Source of the DNA: Mobula hypostoma
Taxonomy: Eukaryota
Direction: 5' to 3'
Length of the DNA stretch: 64,000 bases
Assembly: GCF_963921235.1 (NCBI RefSeq)
Contig: NC_086097.1
Coordinates: 181,166,001-181,230,000, forward strand
The notes under the pieces were generated by a model. That model saw only the letters and a list, made by a program, of their open reading frames with translations, was not told where the DNA came from and ran no database searches. Of this stretch, positions 50,845 to 64,000 are shown one piece after another. Numbering within the stretch: position 1 is the stretch's first letter; each line of letters begins with the position of its first letter. A program made the translations under genes and the position numbers.

Positions 50845-51142
50845 GTGTGGCGCGTGGCTAAGTGGTTAAGGCGTTGGACTAGCGATCTGAAGGTCATGAG
50901 TTCAAGCCCCCGCTGAGGCAGTGTGTTGTGTCCTTGAGCAAGGCACTTAACCACACACTGCTCCAGTCCACCCAGCTGAAAATGGGTACCGGCAAAATGC
51001 TGGGAGTAAACCTCGCAATAGACTGGCATCCTATCTGGGCGGGGGGAGTCTCGTACTCTCAGTCGCTTCATGCCACGGAAACTGGCATAAGCACCTGCCT
51101 GACAAGCCTATAAGGCTCGGGACAGAATAAATTTAACTTTTT
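50845..51142 (+). mobile_element. Full-length tRNA-derived SINE with a CORE-like central domain, inserted in a CR1
   Basis: A box tggctaagtgg, B box gagttcaagcc, then gtgtccttgagcaaggcacttaac, ending in an A/T-rich tail. Confidence 0.8.
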
Positions 51143-52665
51143 AAGGAGTAAGAAACTTAGAAATGACTTGGGAGGGATCTTCTTCACCCAAAGAGTGCTG
51201 AACACCTGGAATGCACTGCCAGAGAGGGTGGTGGAGGCAGTGTCACTGACAGCATTAAAGGGTCTAGATGAGTGCTTGAATCGCCAAGACATTGAAGGCC
51301 AAGGGCAAATACTGGAAAATGGAATCAATATTGATGGGTCAGCATAGATCTGGTGGGCAGAATGGCCTGTTCCTGTGCTGTATGATCCTCTGATGCCATG
51401 TGATATGAATATTGTAGAAAAGTAATTATGTCTTTTCTTTCAAAGCAATAATTCAACACGTTTGTCTCCAAGTGAAAACTACTTAAACACTAACTTTGAG
51501 CCTGTTTAGAAACATTATATGCTATGAATAGGCAGAGTTGCTGTGTGGCTCCTGTTGAGAAGCAGCTGCTGCCCTTACTCAGCTGTCAGCCATTTATCTT
51601 CAGTGAAGCCAGTGAGTGTGATATTGCTTAGCACCAATGATCCGGAGATAGACTACTACTTCTCCCTCACACTTCAACTGGTGAGGCAAGATGCCAATGT
51701 TTGGTCTAAAATCTCCCTGGGACAAGATCTCACGAAATGACTACTCTACTACCCCTCCTGTTGCAATGGGCCAGCACTCCAAAACACCTGGGCAGGATGA
51801 CCTGCCCTCTGCTTTAACCACTGTGTTGGCCAACAGCTCTGAACCTCCCCCTCCCCCCTCCCCCTCCCCCCTCCCCCTCCTTCTTGTAGATGTCTTTGAT
51901 GGTGGAGGGAGATAAACCCATTCTGGAACTGGATGAGTTCCGCTGCTGTAATCTCTTGTGTTCCCATGCATTAGAGTTTCCATGGAAGGCTGTGATGTAG
52001 CCCATACAGTCAAAATGCTTTCCACTATACATCTGTTGAAGTTTGTCAAGGAACAGACTCCTCCAGGGATTTGCATTATGCCAGCTGCCTGTCCCTAACC
52101 TATGCCCCTTTTTTTTCACTGGAACCTAAAAAAACTCTCATCAAACAGTGTTCCCTAATTCTGCTGGCCCAGCGCTTCACTTTAAACAGAACATGCTGAC
52201 CCTGAACTCTTCCTGTCTCACTTTTAAGCATCCCACTTGCCAGGTGTCCATTTACTTGCAAAAAGCCTATCCCAATTAGCTTTTCTATAAATTTCAGTGC
52301 AGGTTTGGCCTCTTTTATGTTTTGACTGTAAGAGGTTGCTTCAACTGGAGACATGTATAAAGAAGGAAGGGGCAATGAGAATGCAGGGAGTTTTGGGGAC
52401 AGAAGTCCAAAGCTCAGGACACTAACTGCAGAATGCATGGGCACCAGTGGGTGAGCCACAGAGTTCACAAGAGTTTCAAACTCAAGAAGTAGAGAGAATT
52501 CAGAAAATTCTACAGGTGGAAAGGAAAAATGCCATGATGGGATTTGGGGGAGGCAACAAACAGGATTGATGGGATTAATTGGAACAGGTGTGTTAGGGTT
52601 TTGGTAGCATTCTGATTAGCATGAACAATGAGCAAAGTTGGGGACGAGTCAGGAGTGCTTTGGAA

Positions 52666-53377
52666 ATTGAACGCAGCAGGCCAGGCAGCATCTATAGGAA
52701 GAGGTACAGTCGACGCTTCAGGCCGAGACCCTTCCTCAGGACTAACTGAAGGAAGAGCTAGTAAGAGATTTGAAAGTGGGAGGGGGAGGGGGAGATCCAA
52801 AATGATAGAAGAAGACAGGAGGGGGAGGGATGGAGCCAAGAACTGGACAGGTGATTGGCAAAGGGGATATGAGAGGATCATGGGACAGGAGGCCCGGGGA
52901 GAAAGACAAGGAGTGGGGGAACCCAGAGGATGGGCAAGGGGTATAGTCAGAGGGACAGAGGGAGAAAAAGGAGAGTGAGAGAAAGAATGTGTGTATAAAA
53001 ATAACAGATGGGGTACAAGGGGGAGGTGGGGCATTAGTGGAAGTTAATGTTCATGCCATCAGGTTGGAGGCTACCCAGACGGAATATAAGGTGTTGTTCC
53101 TCCAACCTGAGTGTGGCTTCATCTTTACAGTAGAGGAGGCCGTAGATAGACATGTCAGAATGGGAATGGGATGTGGAATTAAAATGTGTGGCCACTGGGA
53201 GATCCTGCTTTCTCTGGCGGACAGAGCGTAGGTGTTCAGCAAAGCGGTCTCCCAGTCTGCGTTGGGTCTCGCCAATATATAGAAGGCCACATCGGCAATC
53301 ACCTGGCCTGCTGCGTTCACCAGCAACTTTGATGTGTGTTGCTTGAATTTCCAGCATCTGCAGAATTCCTGTTGTTT
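52666..53377 (-). mobile_element. Penelope-like 3' fragment with an inverted terminal-repeat piece at its 5' junction
   Basis: Near copy of ~43470-44113, followed by an inverted repeat piece at ~53301-53377; gtgctttggaa duplicated at 52655-52665 and 53378-53388. Confidence 0.88.
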
Positions 53378-54099
53378 GTGCTTTGGAATTGTTGGCACAG
53401 GTGAGGATTTCATAAATGGGTGAACTGAGATGGGAGGAGAGGTGAGAGCAAACTTCTGATAAAGACACAGGTATGAGGTCAAGCTGACCCTCTGATGAGA
53501 TATGACTTCATGATGGTGAGCAGGCTGGTACAGTTTCAAACCATTGTCAGGAAGAGAGATGGGGTTATCCTGATGCATTGAGTAGATAGCCTGCTGATAC
53601 TGTATTATACACAAGGACAATGTACTCTTGTTTCCTGTTGATGCTGTACATTCAGCTGATCCTTCCGGAAATGTAAGTATCCCTGGGGAGAGTAAAAAAA
53701 ACTGCTGGCCCATTGTCAGATAAATAATAGCATTTAAATGAGAAGTATAGATCATACAGTTTGTTGCTGTAGGACATGTTGAGCTGAGTCTTTGTTTTTA
53801 TATCAAACCGTTCTAATTTTTCACCTGCATGCACATGTGTGCAGGGGATAATTCAGTGACTAACAATTCAATAGAATGAGTACCAGTCCCTCATCACAAG
53901 GAAATTTAGTGAACATTTCCTCATTATCCCTTGATTCCACTATTTATTTATTAAAATCAGTTTTATTATCACTGACGCATGTTATGAAATTTGTTGTTTT
54001 ATGACAGTACAGTGCAGGACAAAAATGGCTATGAATTACAATAAGAATGTATAATACGATAAATAAACAGTGCCAACATAGTGAGATAGCTCATGGACT

Positions 54100-55230
54100 A
54101 TTTAGAATTTTGATGACCAGTTGAAGAAATTGTTTCAAAAATATTGATTGTGCCTACTCAGGCTCCTGTACCTCCTCCCTGCTGGTGGTAATGAGAAGAG
54201 GGCGTATTCCAGGTGGTGAGGGTCCGTCATGACCTTTTGAAGATGTCCTCTATGGTGGGGAGGCTAATGCTCTTGCTGGAGCTGGCTGAGCTTACAACTG
54301 TCTGCAACTTTTTCCAATCCTGTGCATTTATATCTTTGTACAGCTGCAAAATAACAAATTTCGTGTCATATAATCTGATTCTGTAGCACCAGAGACCCGG
54401 GGGAGAAGAGACAATGTCCAAAGTGGATGGGGTCGTGGGTTTTTTGACAATACTGGCTCCTTTACTGAGGTAATGAGAAGCATAGACAGACTCTATGGAG
54501 AGGAGATGTGTTGAGTAATGTCCACAATTCTCCGTAGTTTCTTGCTATCATAGGCAGAGCAATTGCCATATCAAGCTGTGATGCATCTGGATAGATGAAA
54601 TCTATGGTGCATTGATAAAAATTAGTGAGCACCAAAGAGGACATGACAAATTTCTTTAGCTCCTGAGGAAGTAGAGGTGCTGTTGAGCTTTCTTGGCCAT
54701 GAGATCAATGTGGTTGGACCAATTCAGGCTATTGATGATGTTCACACTTAGGAACATGAAGCTTTTAACGCTCTCAACTTCAACACCATTGATGTAGACA
54801 AAAGCACGTGCACCGCCTTCTTTCTGAAGTCAATGACTGGCTCTTCAGTTTTGTTGACAGCTTGTCATCATGACGCAATATCACTAAGCTGTCTGTTCTT
54901 TCCTGTACTCCAACTCATCATTATTTAAGATGCAGCCCACAACTGTAATGTGTTGTGCAAATTTGTTGATGGGGTTAGAGCAGAATATGACCACTGAATC
55001 GAGTAGGGAGCGAAGGACACAACCTTGTGGGCACCAGTGTTCAGAATAATTTTGGTGGAGGAGTTGTGGTGTTACTGCCCATCCTTACAGATTCCAATTT
55101 GCTGGTCTGGAAGTCAAAGATGCAGTTGCAAAGGGAGTCGTTTAGCTTTGGGTCTCTCAGTTTGGTGATGAGTTTGTTTGCAATTACAGTATTGAAGGCT
55201 GAACTGTCTGTGAGCCAGTAACTGTCTTGC
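54100..55230 (-). mobile_element. Degenerate Rex/L2-clade LINE fragments
   Basis: [34 protein letters not shown] remnants. Confidence 0.65.
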
Positions 55231-55647
55231 ATGCAATTCAGAAAGAGCAGTCTGGTCTGTTGAGAACTTGCAGTAAACACGTCTTTTTATGTGGTTGCTT
55301 TTATGGTGTAAGCTCACAGATTACCTGATTTACTTAAATAGGTTTACCTGGTAGGATTTGAATCCCCTACCCCGATATTCAAACTAATTAATCAAGGTTT
55401 TTTTTTAATAACAATTAGTTTCCTTTGTGGAAGGGAACAAACTCTGAAAACCCAAGCTTGTACCAGATTAGGTCACAGGAGAAAGGTATAACTCATGAAA
55501 TATAAAACAGTAGTTTAAATACATTAAAAATCATTGGTATATATAATATACACACACATATAGTTTTACTCTGTTGACTGTTGTTGCTGGAATGGATAAT
55601 GCCTTGCGAATTAATTTTAATGTTACCTTTTTCTGCTTCTCTTCTAG

Positions 55648-55789
55648 GATTCGAAACAATGGCTGGATTATCTTCCTCCTGATCATGGCTGCTGTCTTCT
55701 GGGTCTATCGGTTGGTCAAAGTTATCTGCAACCTCTTGAGCTACTGGGAAATCAGAACATTCTACATTAAAGCATTGAAGATTCCCACG
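55648..55789 (+). CDS. ATG9B: ATG9B coding exon 5 (IRNNGWIIFLLIMAAVFW...ALKIPT)
   Basis: ttctag| acceptor, |gtatag donor, 142 nt, ATG9 YWEIR motif. Confidence 0.92.
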
Positions 55790-56329
55790 GTATAGCCCAC
55801 AGCTCACATGGGGACTGTTTAGAAAGCTTCAATGTACCCAGTGATCTGATGTATCGATGTGTTACTGAGGAGGGTGATGGGTCCTTCTGGTAGTTTGATA
55901 TGGTTGAGGGCCTCACTGGGCAATCTTAGAGAATAACTCCTCTGTTACTGCTGTGGTAAACTGTAGTTTACCTTTCCCAGTTCAAACACCCACATCAGTT
56001 CCCCTCATGAACGGTTAGCATTGGGATCAGTTCTCAGAGCCCATGTTTGCACATTGGAGCTTTTTTGAAAAATTTTTATTAATGTTCCCACCCCACTATT
56101 TTTCTTGCGTATTCTTTTTCCCTTGATGGGATTTGGCTTTTGATTAGATTATTGTCATATCTACTAGGGTACAATGAAATTCTGTGCTCATGTTAAGCTC
56201 ACATAGTTAAACAATACACAGAGTAATGGAGGTTCAGTTTATCATCGAAAATTCATCTTAAAAAAAATACAAACTTTTACAGATTTTGGAAGTATCCTAC
56301 TGGTTGCATGATGGCAATTCAAGTGCACG

Positions 56330-56952
56330 AAAACATAAATATCTGAGGTGCAAAGGGACTTGTGAGTCCTTGTGCAGAATTCCCTAAAGGTTAACTTGCA
56401 GCTTGATTTCTGTGGTGAGGAAGGCAAATGCAATGTTAGCATTCTTTTCAAGAGGACTAGAATATAAGAGCAAGGATGTAATGTTGAGGCTTCACAAAGC
56501 ACTGCTGAGGCCTCACTTGGAGTACTATGAGCAGTTTTGGGCCCCTTATTTTAGGAAGGATGTGCTAAAACTGGAGAGAGTTCAAAGGAGGTTCACGAAA
56601 ATGATTCCAGGATTGAATGGCGCGTCATATGAAGAGCATTTAATGGTTCTGGGCCTGTATTCACTAAAATTCAGAAGAATGAGTGGTGACCTAATTGAAA
56701 TCTATCAAATAGTGAAAGGCCTTGATAGAGTGGATGTGGAGAGGATGTTTCCTATGGTGGGAGAGTCTAGGACCAGAGGACGCAGCTTTAGAATAGAGAT
56801 GTGTCCTTTTAGAATGGAGATAAGGAATTTCTTTAGTCAGAGTGGTGAATCTGTGGTATTCGTTGCTGCAGGCAACTGTGGAGGCCAAGTCTTTATGTTT
56901 ATTTAAGGCAGAGGTTGATGGGTTCTTGCTTGGCATAATCTTATGGTCTTAT
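56330..56952 (+). mobile_element. CR1 LINE 3' fragment
   Basis: RKANAMLAF...LRPHLEY...ERVQRRFT...GDLIEIY. Confidence 0.88.
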
Positions 56953-56974
56953 AAAAACTACTGGTTCCCATGGC

Positions 56975-57905
56975 TATCTTGACTATACCTCTTCCCATCC
57001 TAGCTCCTGTAAAAATTCTATTCCTTTTTCTCAGTTCCTAGGTCTCTGTCACGTATGTTTCCAGGATGAGGCTTTCCAGGACATCAGAGATGTTCTGCTT
57101 CAAAGAACAGGATTTCTCTTCCACCATTGATATTGCTGTCACCCGCATCTCCTCCATTTCCCAGACACCTGCAATCACTCCATCTTTCCACTGCCTTAAA
57201 AGGGATAGGAGTTCCTCTTTTGTTGTCTCAGTTTTTTTGCACTAACTTACTTCCCATTTTTCTGTTTTCTATTTGTGATTTATAATTTAAATGTTTAATA
57301 TTTACTGATTTTTACTATTTTTAATATTTAATATTTGTAATCCAGGGAGTGGGAAGCGCAGAATCAAATATCACTGTGATGATTGTACATTCTAGTATCA
57401 ATTGTTTGGCAAGTATAAAGTCACCTACCACCCCATGAGCCTCTGCATTCAACATGTCATTCTCCACAACTTCGGCCATTTCAATGGGATCCTACCATCA
57501 AACATATCTTTACCTCCCCCTCTCCCCCCACCTGCCCCACTCTCCACTTTCTGCAGGGACCACTCCCTCTATGATTCCCTTGTCTATTCATTCCTCCCCA
57601 CTAATTTTTGCAATGGACAAGAATGGTACAGCTGCCCATTCACCTGCTTCCTCACCTCAATTCAGGGCCCAAAACAATCTTTCCAAGTGAGGCATCACTT
57701 CAACTGTGAATCTGTTGGGGTTGTCTACTGTATCCAATGCTCCCAATGCAGCCTCCATTGGTGAGACCCAACGTAAATTGGGGGAACTGCTTTGACAGGT
57801 ACCTCTGCTCCGTCTCCAAAACACAGAATTTCTGGATGGCTGACCATTTGAATTTCTATCCCCATTCCCATTCCGACATATCGGTCCTTGGCCGCCTCTT
57901 CTGCT
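56975..57905 (+). mobile_element. Old Penelope-like fragment interrupted by another insert (~57220-57415)
   Basis: TYHPMSL.IQHVILHNF...IQGPKQSFQVRHHFNCESVGVVYCIQCSQC, homologous to the 43842 ORF. Confidence 0.8.
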
Positions 57906-57909
57906 TTTT

Positions 57910-60160
57910 TATTCAGGTCCTCTTGAAAATCACCTTTGCCCTCCTCACCACCAGCTCAACCTACGACCTTTATGGAATCGTGCCCGAGGACTATCAAGTC
58001 CCTTTGCATCTTAGATTTTTGAATTTTCTTTCCACTTAGAAAAGAGTCGACATTTTTATTTCTTCTACCAAAGTGCATGACATTCATTTCCCAAAAGTGT
58101 ATTCCATCTGCCACTTCTTTGCCCATTCTCCTAATCTGTCTAAGTCCTTCAGTAGCCTCTCTACTTCCTCAAAACTACCTGCCCCTCCACCTACCATCAT
58201 ATTGTCTATAAATTTTGCAACAAAACTATCAATTCCATCATCCAAGTCACTGACATATAACATAAAAAGAAGCAGTCCCAACACAGATCGCTGTGGAACA
58301 CCACTAGTCACCGGCAGCCAACCAGAAAAGACTTCCTTTATTCCCACTCTTTACCTCCTGCCTGTCAGCCTCTGTTTTATCCATTCCAGTACCTTTCCTG
58401 TAATGAGCTTGTACCTTGTCAAAGGTCTTCCGAAAATCCAAGTACACAACATCCACTGATTTTCTTTGGTCTCATTCTACTTAGTATTTCTTCAGATAAT
58501 TCCTTTGGAATTCCCTTGAGGAAACCATGCTGACTACAGCCTATTTTATCAGGTACTTCCAATCACATGTACTTCTAACCACATATGTAACAAGCAAATC
58601 CAACATCTTCCCAACCACTTAGGTCAGACTAACTCGTCTATAATTTCCTTTCTTCTGTCTCTCTCCCTTCTTGAAGAGTGGAGTAATATTTGCAATTTTC
58701 CAGTCTTCTGAAACCTTGCCAGAATTCATTGATTCCTGAAATATCATTACTGATATTTTCATGATCTCATCAGCTACTTCTTTCAAAACCCTGAGGTGTA
58801 GACCGTCTGGTCCAGGTGACCTATCTACCTTCAGACTCTTCAGTCTCCCAAACACCTTCTCCCTAGTAATGGCAACTTCACACACTTCCACCCCCCTGAC
58901 ACTCTCGAACTTCTGGCATACTGCTAGTGTCTTCCACAGTGAAGACTGATGAAAAATACTTATTCAGTTCATCTGCCGTTTTCTCTTTCCCCATTGCTAC
59001 CTCTCCAGCATTTGCCAGCAGTCCAATATCTACTCTCACTTGTCCTTTACACTTTATATATCTGAAGAAACTTTTGATATCCTCTTTAATATTATTGACA
59101 AGCTTACCTTCGTATTCTATCTTTTCCTTCTTTATGACTTTTAATAGCCTTCTGTTAGTTTTTAGCTTCCCAATCCCCTTACTTCCCACTAATTTTTTCT
59201 CTGTTATATGCCCTCTCTTTAGCTTTTATGTTGGCATTGACTTCTCTTCTCAGCCACAGTTGCATCATCCTGCTTTTAGAATACTTCTTTGGGATGTATC
59301 TATCCTGCACATTCTGAATTGCTTTCAGAAATTTCAGCCATTGCTGCTTTGCCATCATCCCTGCTGGTGTTCCTTCCAATTAATTTTGGCCAGCTCCTCT
59401 CTCGTTCCTCTGTAATTACCTTTATTCCACTGTAAAACCAATACATCTGACTTTAGTTTCTCCTTCTCTAATTTCAAGGTGACTTCTATCATATTATGAT
59501 CACTGGTTTCTAAGGGTTCTAATCAGTTCCAGTTCATTGCACAACACCCAGTCCAGATTAGCTGATACCTAGTGGAAAAAACCATCTTGTAGGCATTCTA
59601 CAAACTCCCTTTCTTGGGATCCAGCACCAACATGTTGCTTCTGTTTGAAGGTCTGTATATTACTCCCATCAAGGTCTTTTTACCATTACAGTTTCTTAGC
59701 TCTACCCACAATGATTCCGTACCTTCTGATCCTGTGTTACCTCTTTCTAATGATTTGATTTTTTTTTTTAACCAACAGAGCCACCCTATCCCCTCTGTCT
59801 ACCTGCCTGTCCTTTCAATACAATGTATAATCCTTGGACATTAAGCTCCCAGCTATTATCTTCTTTCAGCCATGATTCAGTGATGCCCACAATGTCATAC
59901 ATGCCAGTCAGTAACATCCAAGTCTGTAAACTCTGCTACAAGTTCATTACCTTATTCCATATACTATGTGCATTCAAATTTAACATCTTTAATCCTGTAT
60001 TCATCACCTTTTTCAATTTGCCCCCTTTTACATTGCAGCTCATCTCATTGTCTGCAATTTTTTTCAATCATCAACCTCTCCTTGCTGGCAGTCTCACTAC
60101 ACACAGTTTGTAAACCCATCCTACCCCTTCCTCAGCCCCATCCTCCTGCCAAATTAGTTT
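57910..60160 (-). mobile_element. Degenerate long CR1 LINE
   Basis: [45 protein letters not shown] motifs on the - strand. Confidence 0.88.
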
Positions 60161-62041
60161 AAACTCTCTAGCACATCCATCCACAAGGGGGATATTTGTT
60201 CAGGTGTAACCTGTCCCTGGTGTAGATATAGTTACTCTGGAGACTGGAAATGTTCCAGAATTCCCACATCTCACACACAGAGCTCAGTTCAGCCCCTGGA
60301 GCCATTCTTGCTGCTTTAGCTGTGCCCTAACAGATGAGAATAAAGAAGAAGAAACTTACCAGTTACTCGGCTTGTCCAAGCCTGATGAACCAAAGCCACT
60401 CCAAAACTGGCCCACTCACTTAATGGCCGCTCCACTTGCCCCTGCCTTATTTTTATTTGCCCTTTCTATTGATTCCTATTTACTTATTGGGCACAGTCCA
60501 ACTCTGAAAACCGTTGTAAAGTATTACCTTTTTAAATTTATGTGTCTTGTGCTGTCTGTGACTGTTGGTTCTGTGTTTTGCACCTTGGCCCCAGAGTTTT
60601 GTTTGTCTGTATTCATGGGTATTCATATATGGTTGAATGTCAGTTGAACTTGAACATGTACATGTGCATATGGCAGTAAACTTGACCTTGAATTTGACTT
60701 TGAAAAGATATAACAACCTGGATAAAAACAACAAAATGATGCAAAGATTCAGGTTGAGTTTATTGCCTTATGCACAGGTATATGTATGCACAGGTGCAAT
60801 GAAAAACTTGCTTGCAAAGCATCACAGGCACATAGCATCAGATAAACAGCATTCCCAAGTAAAACATAAATGATGTACAATTTTGACAAGAAAGGACACC
60901 ATTAAAACAATGTCCATTTTATTACAAAGTGGTTATGTGTTGCTAAGCTGTGTTGATCTGGAATTTGCTGATTGGTTTAAGAAATGAATAGTTGAAGGGA
61001 AGTAGCTATTCTTGAACTACTTAATTCCAGTGACCCAGTTTCAATTTCACCACTGTTTGGAAGGAATTTGTATGTTCTCTCTGTGATTGTGTGTGTTCCC
61101 TCCAGGTGCTCCAGTTTCCTCCCACATTGTAGAGTTGTATGGGTTAATAACATTAGTAGGTTAATTTGTCACATGTTTGCAATCTGGCGGTGCAGACTTG
61201 TTTAGCCAGAAGGGCCCGTTACCATACTGTATCTCTAACCAAAAGAGTAAAATTTTAAAAACAGGATAACTGAGAGAGGTAGCATTAAGAATCCAAGAAC
61301 GTGGCAGCTCCACCAGAAGGTGGAAGACAGAAAAGGTGAGTGACGGGGGTGGCAGGTATCCTTCATGAGACTCATTATCCATTGGGTTAGTATACCCTGT
61401 GCCTGGTAACGTAGGTTGAAGCTATAAAACGTCAGAACAGAATTAGGCCATTCAGTCTGTGCCGCCATTCAATCAAGGCTGATTTATTTTCAGTCTCAAC
61501 CCCATTCTCCTGCCTTTTCCCTGTGACCTTTGATGCCTTTATTAATCAAGAACCTACCAACCTCTGCTCCAAGTGTTGAATCAGAAACAGGTTTATTATC
61601 ACTGACATACTGTAAGTCGTGAAATTTCTTGTTGTGGGGCAACAATACAGTGCAATAAATACAGTAAAATATACTATAAATTAGAATAAGAAATGCGTGT
61701 AGGCTAGTGCCTATGATGAAGCTGGCTGAGACCATAACCCTCTGCAGCTTTTTCTGAGTTGACTGAGTTAAGTACCTAAATATCCAAAGACTTGGCCTGC
61801 ACAGCCATCTGTGGCAACAAATTACACAGATCTATCACCCTCTGGCTAAAGAAATTCCTCCTCATCTTTGTTACAAAGAAACGCCCATGTGTTCTGAGGA
61901 TGTGCCCCCTGGTCTTAGGCCCTCCCACTACTGTGATCATACTCTCCGTGTCAACTCTGTCTAGGCTATTACCATGTTCTGCATTCTCATGTGAATCTTG
62001 TGGGGCAGTGACTGAGAGGGTGGCTTTTCTTTCCCTTGCAG

Positions 62042-62790
62042 ATCGAGCTGTGCAATTATACGTGGCAGGAGGTGCAGGCTCGCCTGATCCAGCTGCAGCG
62101 GGAGCACCAGATGTGCATCCACAAGAAGGAGCTGACGGAGCTGGACATTTACCACCGCATCCTGCGCTTCAAGAACTACATGGTGGCCATGGTGAACAAG
62201 TCTCTGCTGCCCGTCCGCCTCAGCGTCCCGTTCCTGGGCGACATCGTCTTTTTTTCCCAGGGCCTGAAGTACAACTTTGAACTGATTTTCTTCTGGGGCC
62301 CTGGCTCTCTGTTCCAGAACAAGTGGAACCTTCATCCCAAGTATAAGCGCTCCGGCAGCCGCTTGGAGCTGGCCCAGCAGCTCAGCCGGATGGTGCTGCT
62401 GATGGGTGTTGCCAACCTCTTGCTCTGCCCCTTCATTCTAGTCTGGCAGGTCCTCTATGCCTTCTTCAGCTACACGGAGGTGATCAAGAGGGAGCCGGGT
62501 AGCTTGGGAGCCCGTCGCTGGTCCCTGTTCGGCCGCCTTTACCTCCGGCACTTCAATGAGTTGGATCACGAGCTACAAGCCCGCCTCAGCCGTGGCTACA
62601 AACCTGCTGCCAAATACATGAACTCCTTCACTTCGCCACTGCTGATGGTCATTGCCCAGAACCTGGCCTTCTTCTCAGGCTCCATCCTGGCCGTCCTGAT
62701 CGCCCTCACTGTCTACGATGAGGATGTGCTGACGGTTCAACACATCCTGACTGCCATTACGGTGCTGGGCATTGTAGTGACGGTGTGTAG
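62042..62790 (+). CDS. ATG9B: ATG9B large coding exon 6 (ATG9 core domain)
   Basis: ttgcag| acceptor, ag|gtaagg donor, 749 nt open; ELTELDIYHRILRFKNYMVAMVNK, GLKYNFE, LRHFNEL are hallmark ATG9 motifs. Confidence 0.96.
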
Positions 62791-62939
62791 GTAAGGAACG
62801 GGAGTTGGGTGGCTGGTGACTCACACCAGGCAAGGACAGGACCACTGTGCAAATGGGGAACTCCAAAACACCAGAAACCAGAGTCTATGGACCCTCATTC
62901 CAGACTGCAACTGTAGTTCTTCCACTGCACTAACCTATC

Positions 62940-63400
62940 CAGGTGTTACAGGGTAGAATTCCCTCTACGCTACACCATCACATACACATGCTCCTGAAGC
63001 AGGCTGAACACAGGACAGATACAGAGTAAAGCTCTGCCCCATCACACAGACTTAAAGCAGAAACAGAATGGGATAGACATAAAAACTTCCTTCTATCTTG
63101 TCTCATTACAGCCAATGACAGGCACAGGGTAAAGATCTATACCATCCCCTCCCATAAAGAGGGGAAGATCCCTCTATACTATCCCATCACACACTCCCAG
63201 GGTTAGACACGATAAACCTCCATCTGCTCTGTCCCATCACATACTCCCAGGATCAAACAGAGACTGAAGCTCCTTCTCACCATCCCATCAGATACAAAAT
63301 GAAGCTCCCACCACATCTTATCACACAATCCAGGGATTAGACAGAAAGTGAAGCTCCCTCTACACTATCCTGACATACATCTGGGGTATGGATTAAATGT
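62940..63400 (+). repeat. Degenerate ~50-bp tandem repeat (TCCCATCACACACTCCCAGGG...GAAGCTCCCTC)
   Basis: About 8 diverged units of cccatcac.../agagt.aagctc immediately after exon 6. Confidence 0.7.
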
Positions 63401-63482
63401 AGAGCAAAGTTTTCTCCACAATGTTTCATCTATTGCGACCAGACGCAACCCCAGTTTTGAATGGCCAAACAGAGTAATTTCC

Positions 63483-64000
63483 TCGGAGGCAGAACGCTCT
63501 GTTCTCAGTAAGGGCCTCACGTTTGTCCCCCTTCGCCCACACCTCAGCGAGTTCCATGTTCGCCATGATGCGGAACTTTTCTTCCGCCTCCGTCTCCGTC
63601 TCCGAGCCTACTTCTTCGGCAAGGACTCTTCCACCCCCACCGATGACCCCTTCTCCCATCTTCAACCCTCCTCTTCTTCATGGACACCCCGCTCTGGTCT
63701 TCTGCCTGCTCTGGATCTCTTTATTGCCAACTGCCGACGGGACATCAACCGTCTCGACTTCACCGCACCTTGTCCCCATTCCAACCTCACTCCTTCGGAA
63801 CGCTCTGCTCTCCACTCCCTCCGCACTAATCCTAACCTTATTATTAAACCCGCTGATAAGGGGGGTGCTGTTGTAGTCTGGCGTACTGACCTCTACCTTG
63901 CCGAGGCACAGCGACAACTCGCGGATACCTCCTCTAATTTACCCCTCGATCGTGACCCCACTAAGGAGCACCAGGCCATTGTCTCCCACACTATCACCGA
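63483..64000 (+). mobile_element. Penelope-like element, N-terminal ORF part, running off the window edge
   Basis: Open frame SEAERSVLSKGLTFVP...IIKPADKGGAVVVW...KEHQAIVSHTI; the last ~36 nt match the 5' truncation point of the 43448-45522 copy. Confidence 0.9.

Noticed and set aside
50845..50920. tRNA gene
   Set aside because: No convincing acceptor stem or terminator, and it continues into a SINE body.
61792..62335. Overlapping ORFs 61792-62280 (+) and 61961-62335 (-)
   Set aside because: Alternative-frame and antisense shadows of the GC-rich ATG9B exon.
62940..63400. CRISPR-like array
   Set aside because: Eukaryotic intron, degenerate tandem units without unique spacers, no cas genes.

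Overview
Vertebrate genomic DNA, repeat-dense. The repeat families (V-SINE/HE1-like, SacSINE/Deu-like, abundant CR1 and Penelope) suggest a cartilaginous fish, probably a ray (inference). Two host genes lie head-to-head: ABCB8 on the - strand (coding exons 7263-7372 and 1789-2131, continuing off the left edge) and ATG9B on the + strand (six coding exons from 21180 to 62790, continuing off the right edge). The ~10 kb ATG9B intron 26231-36231 is a U12-type AT-AC minor-spliceosome intron. Introns are filled with nested CR1 and Rex/L2-clade LINE fragments, SINEs, hAT and Tc1-type elements, Penelope-like elements whose terminal repeats carry minimal hammerhead ribozyme motifs, and a Gypsy (Mag-like) LTR element whose pol region is replaced by an apparently intronless fragment of host RBM25 mRNA. 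Most short ORFs in the supplied track are transposon remnants or noise. All identifications are by eye and recalled homology; no searches were run, and most repeat boundaries are approximate.
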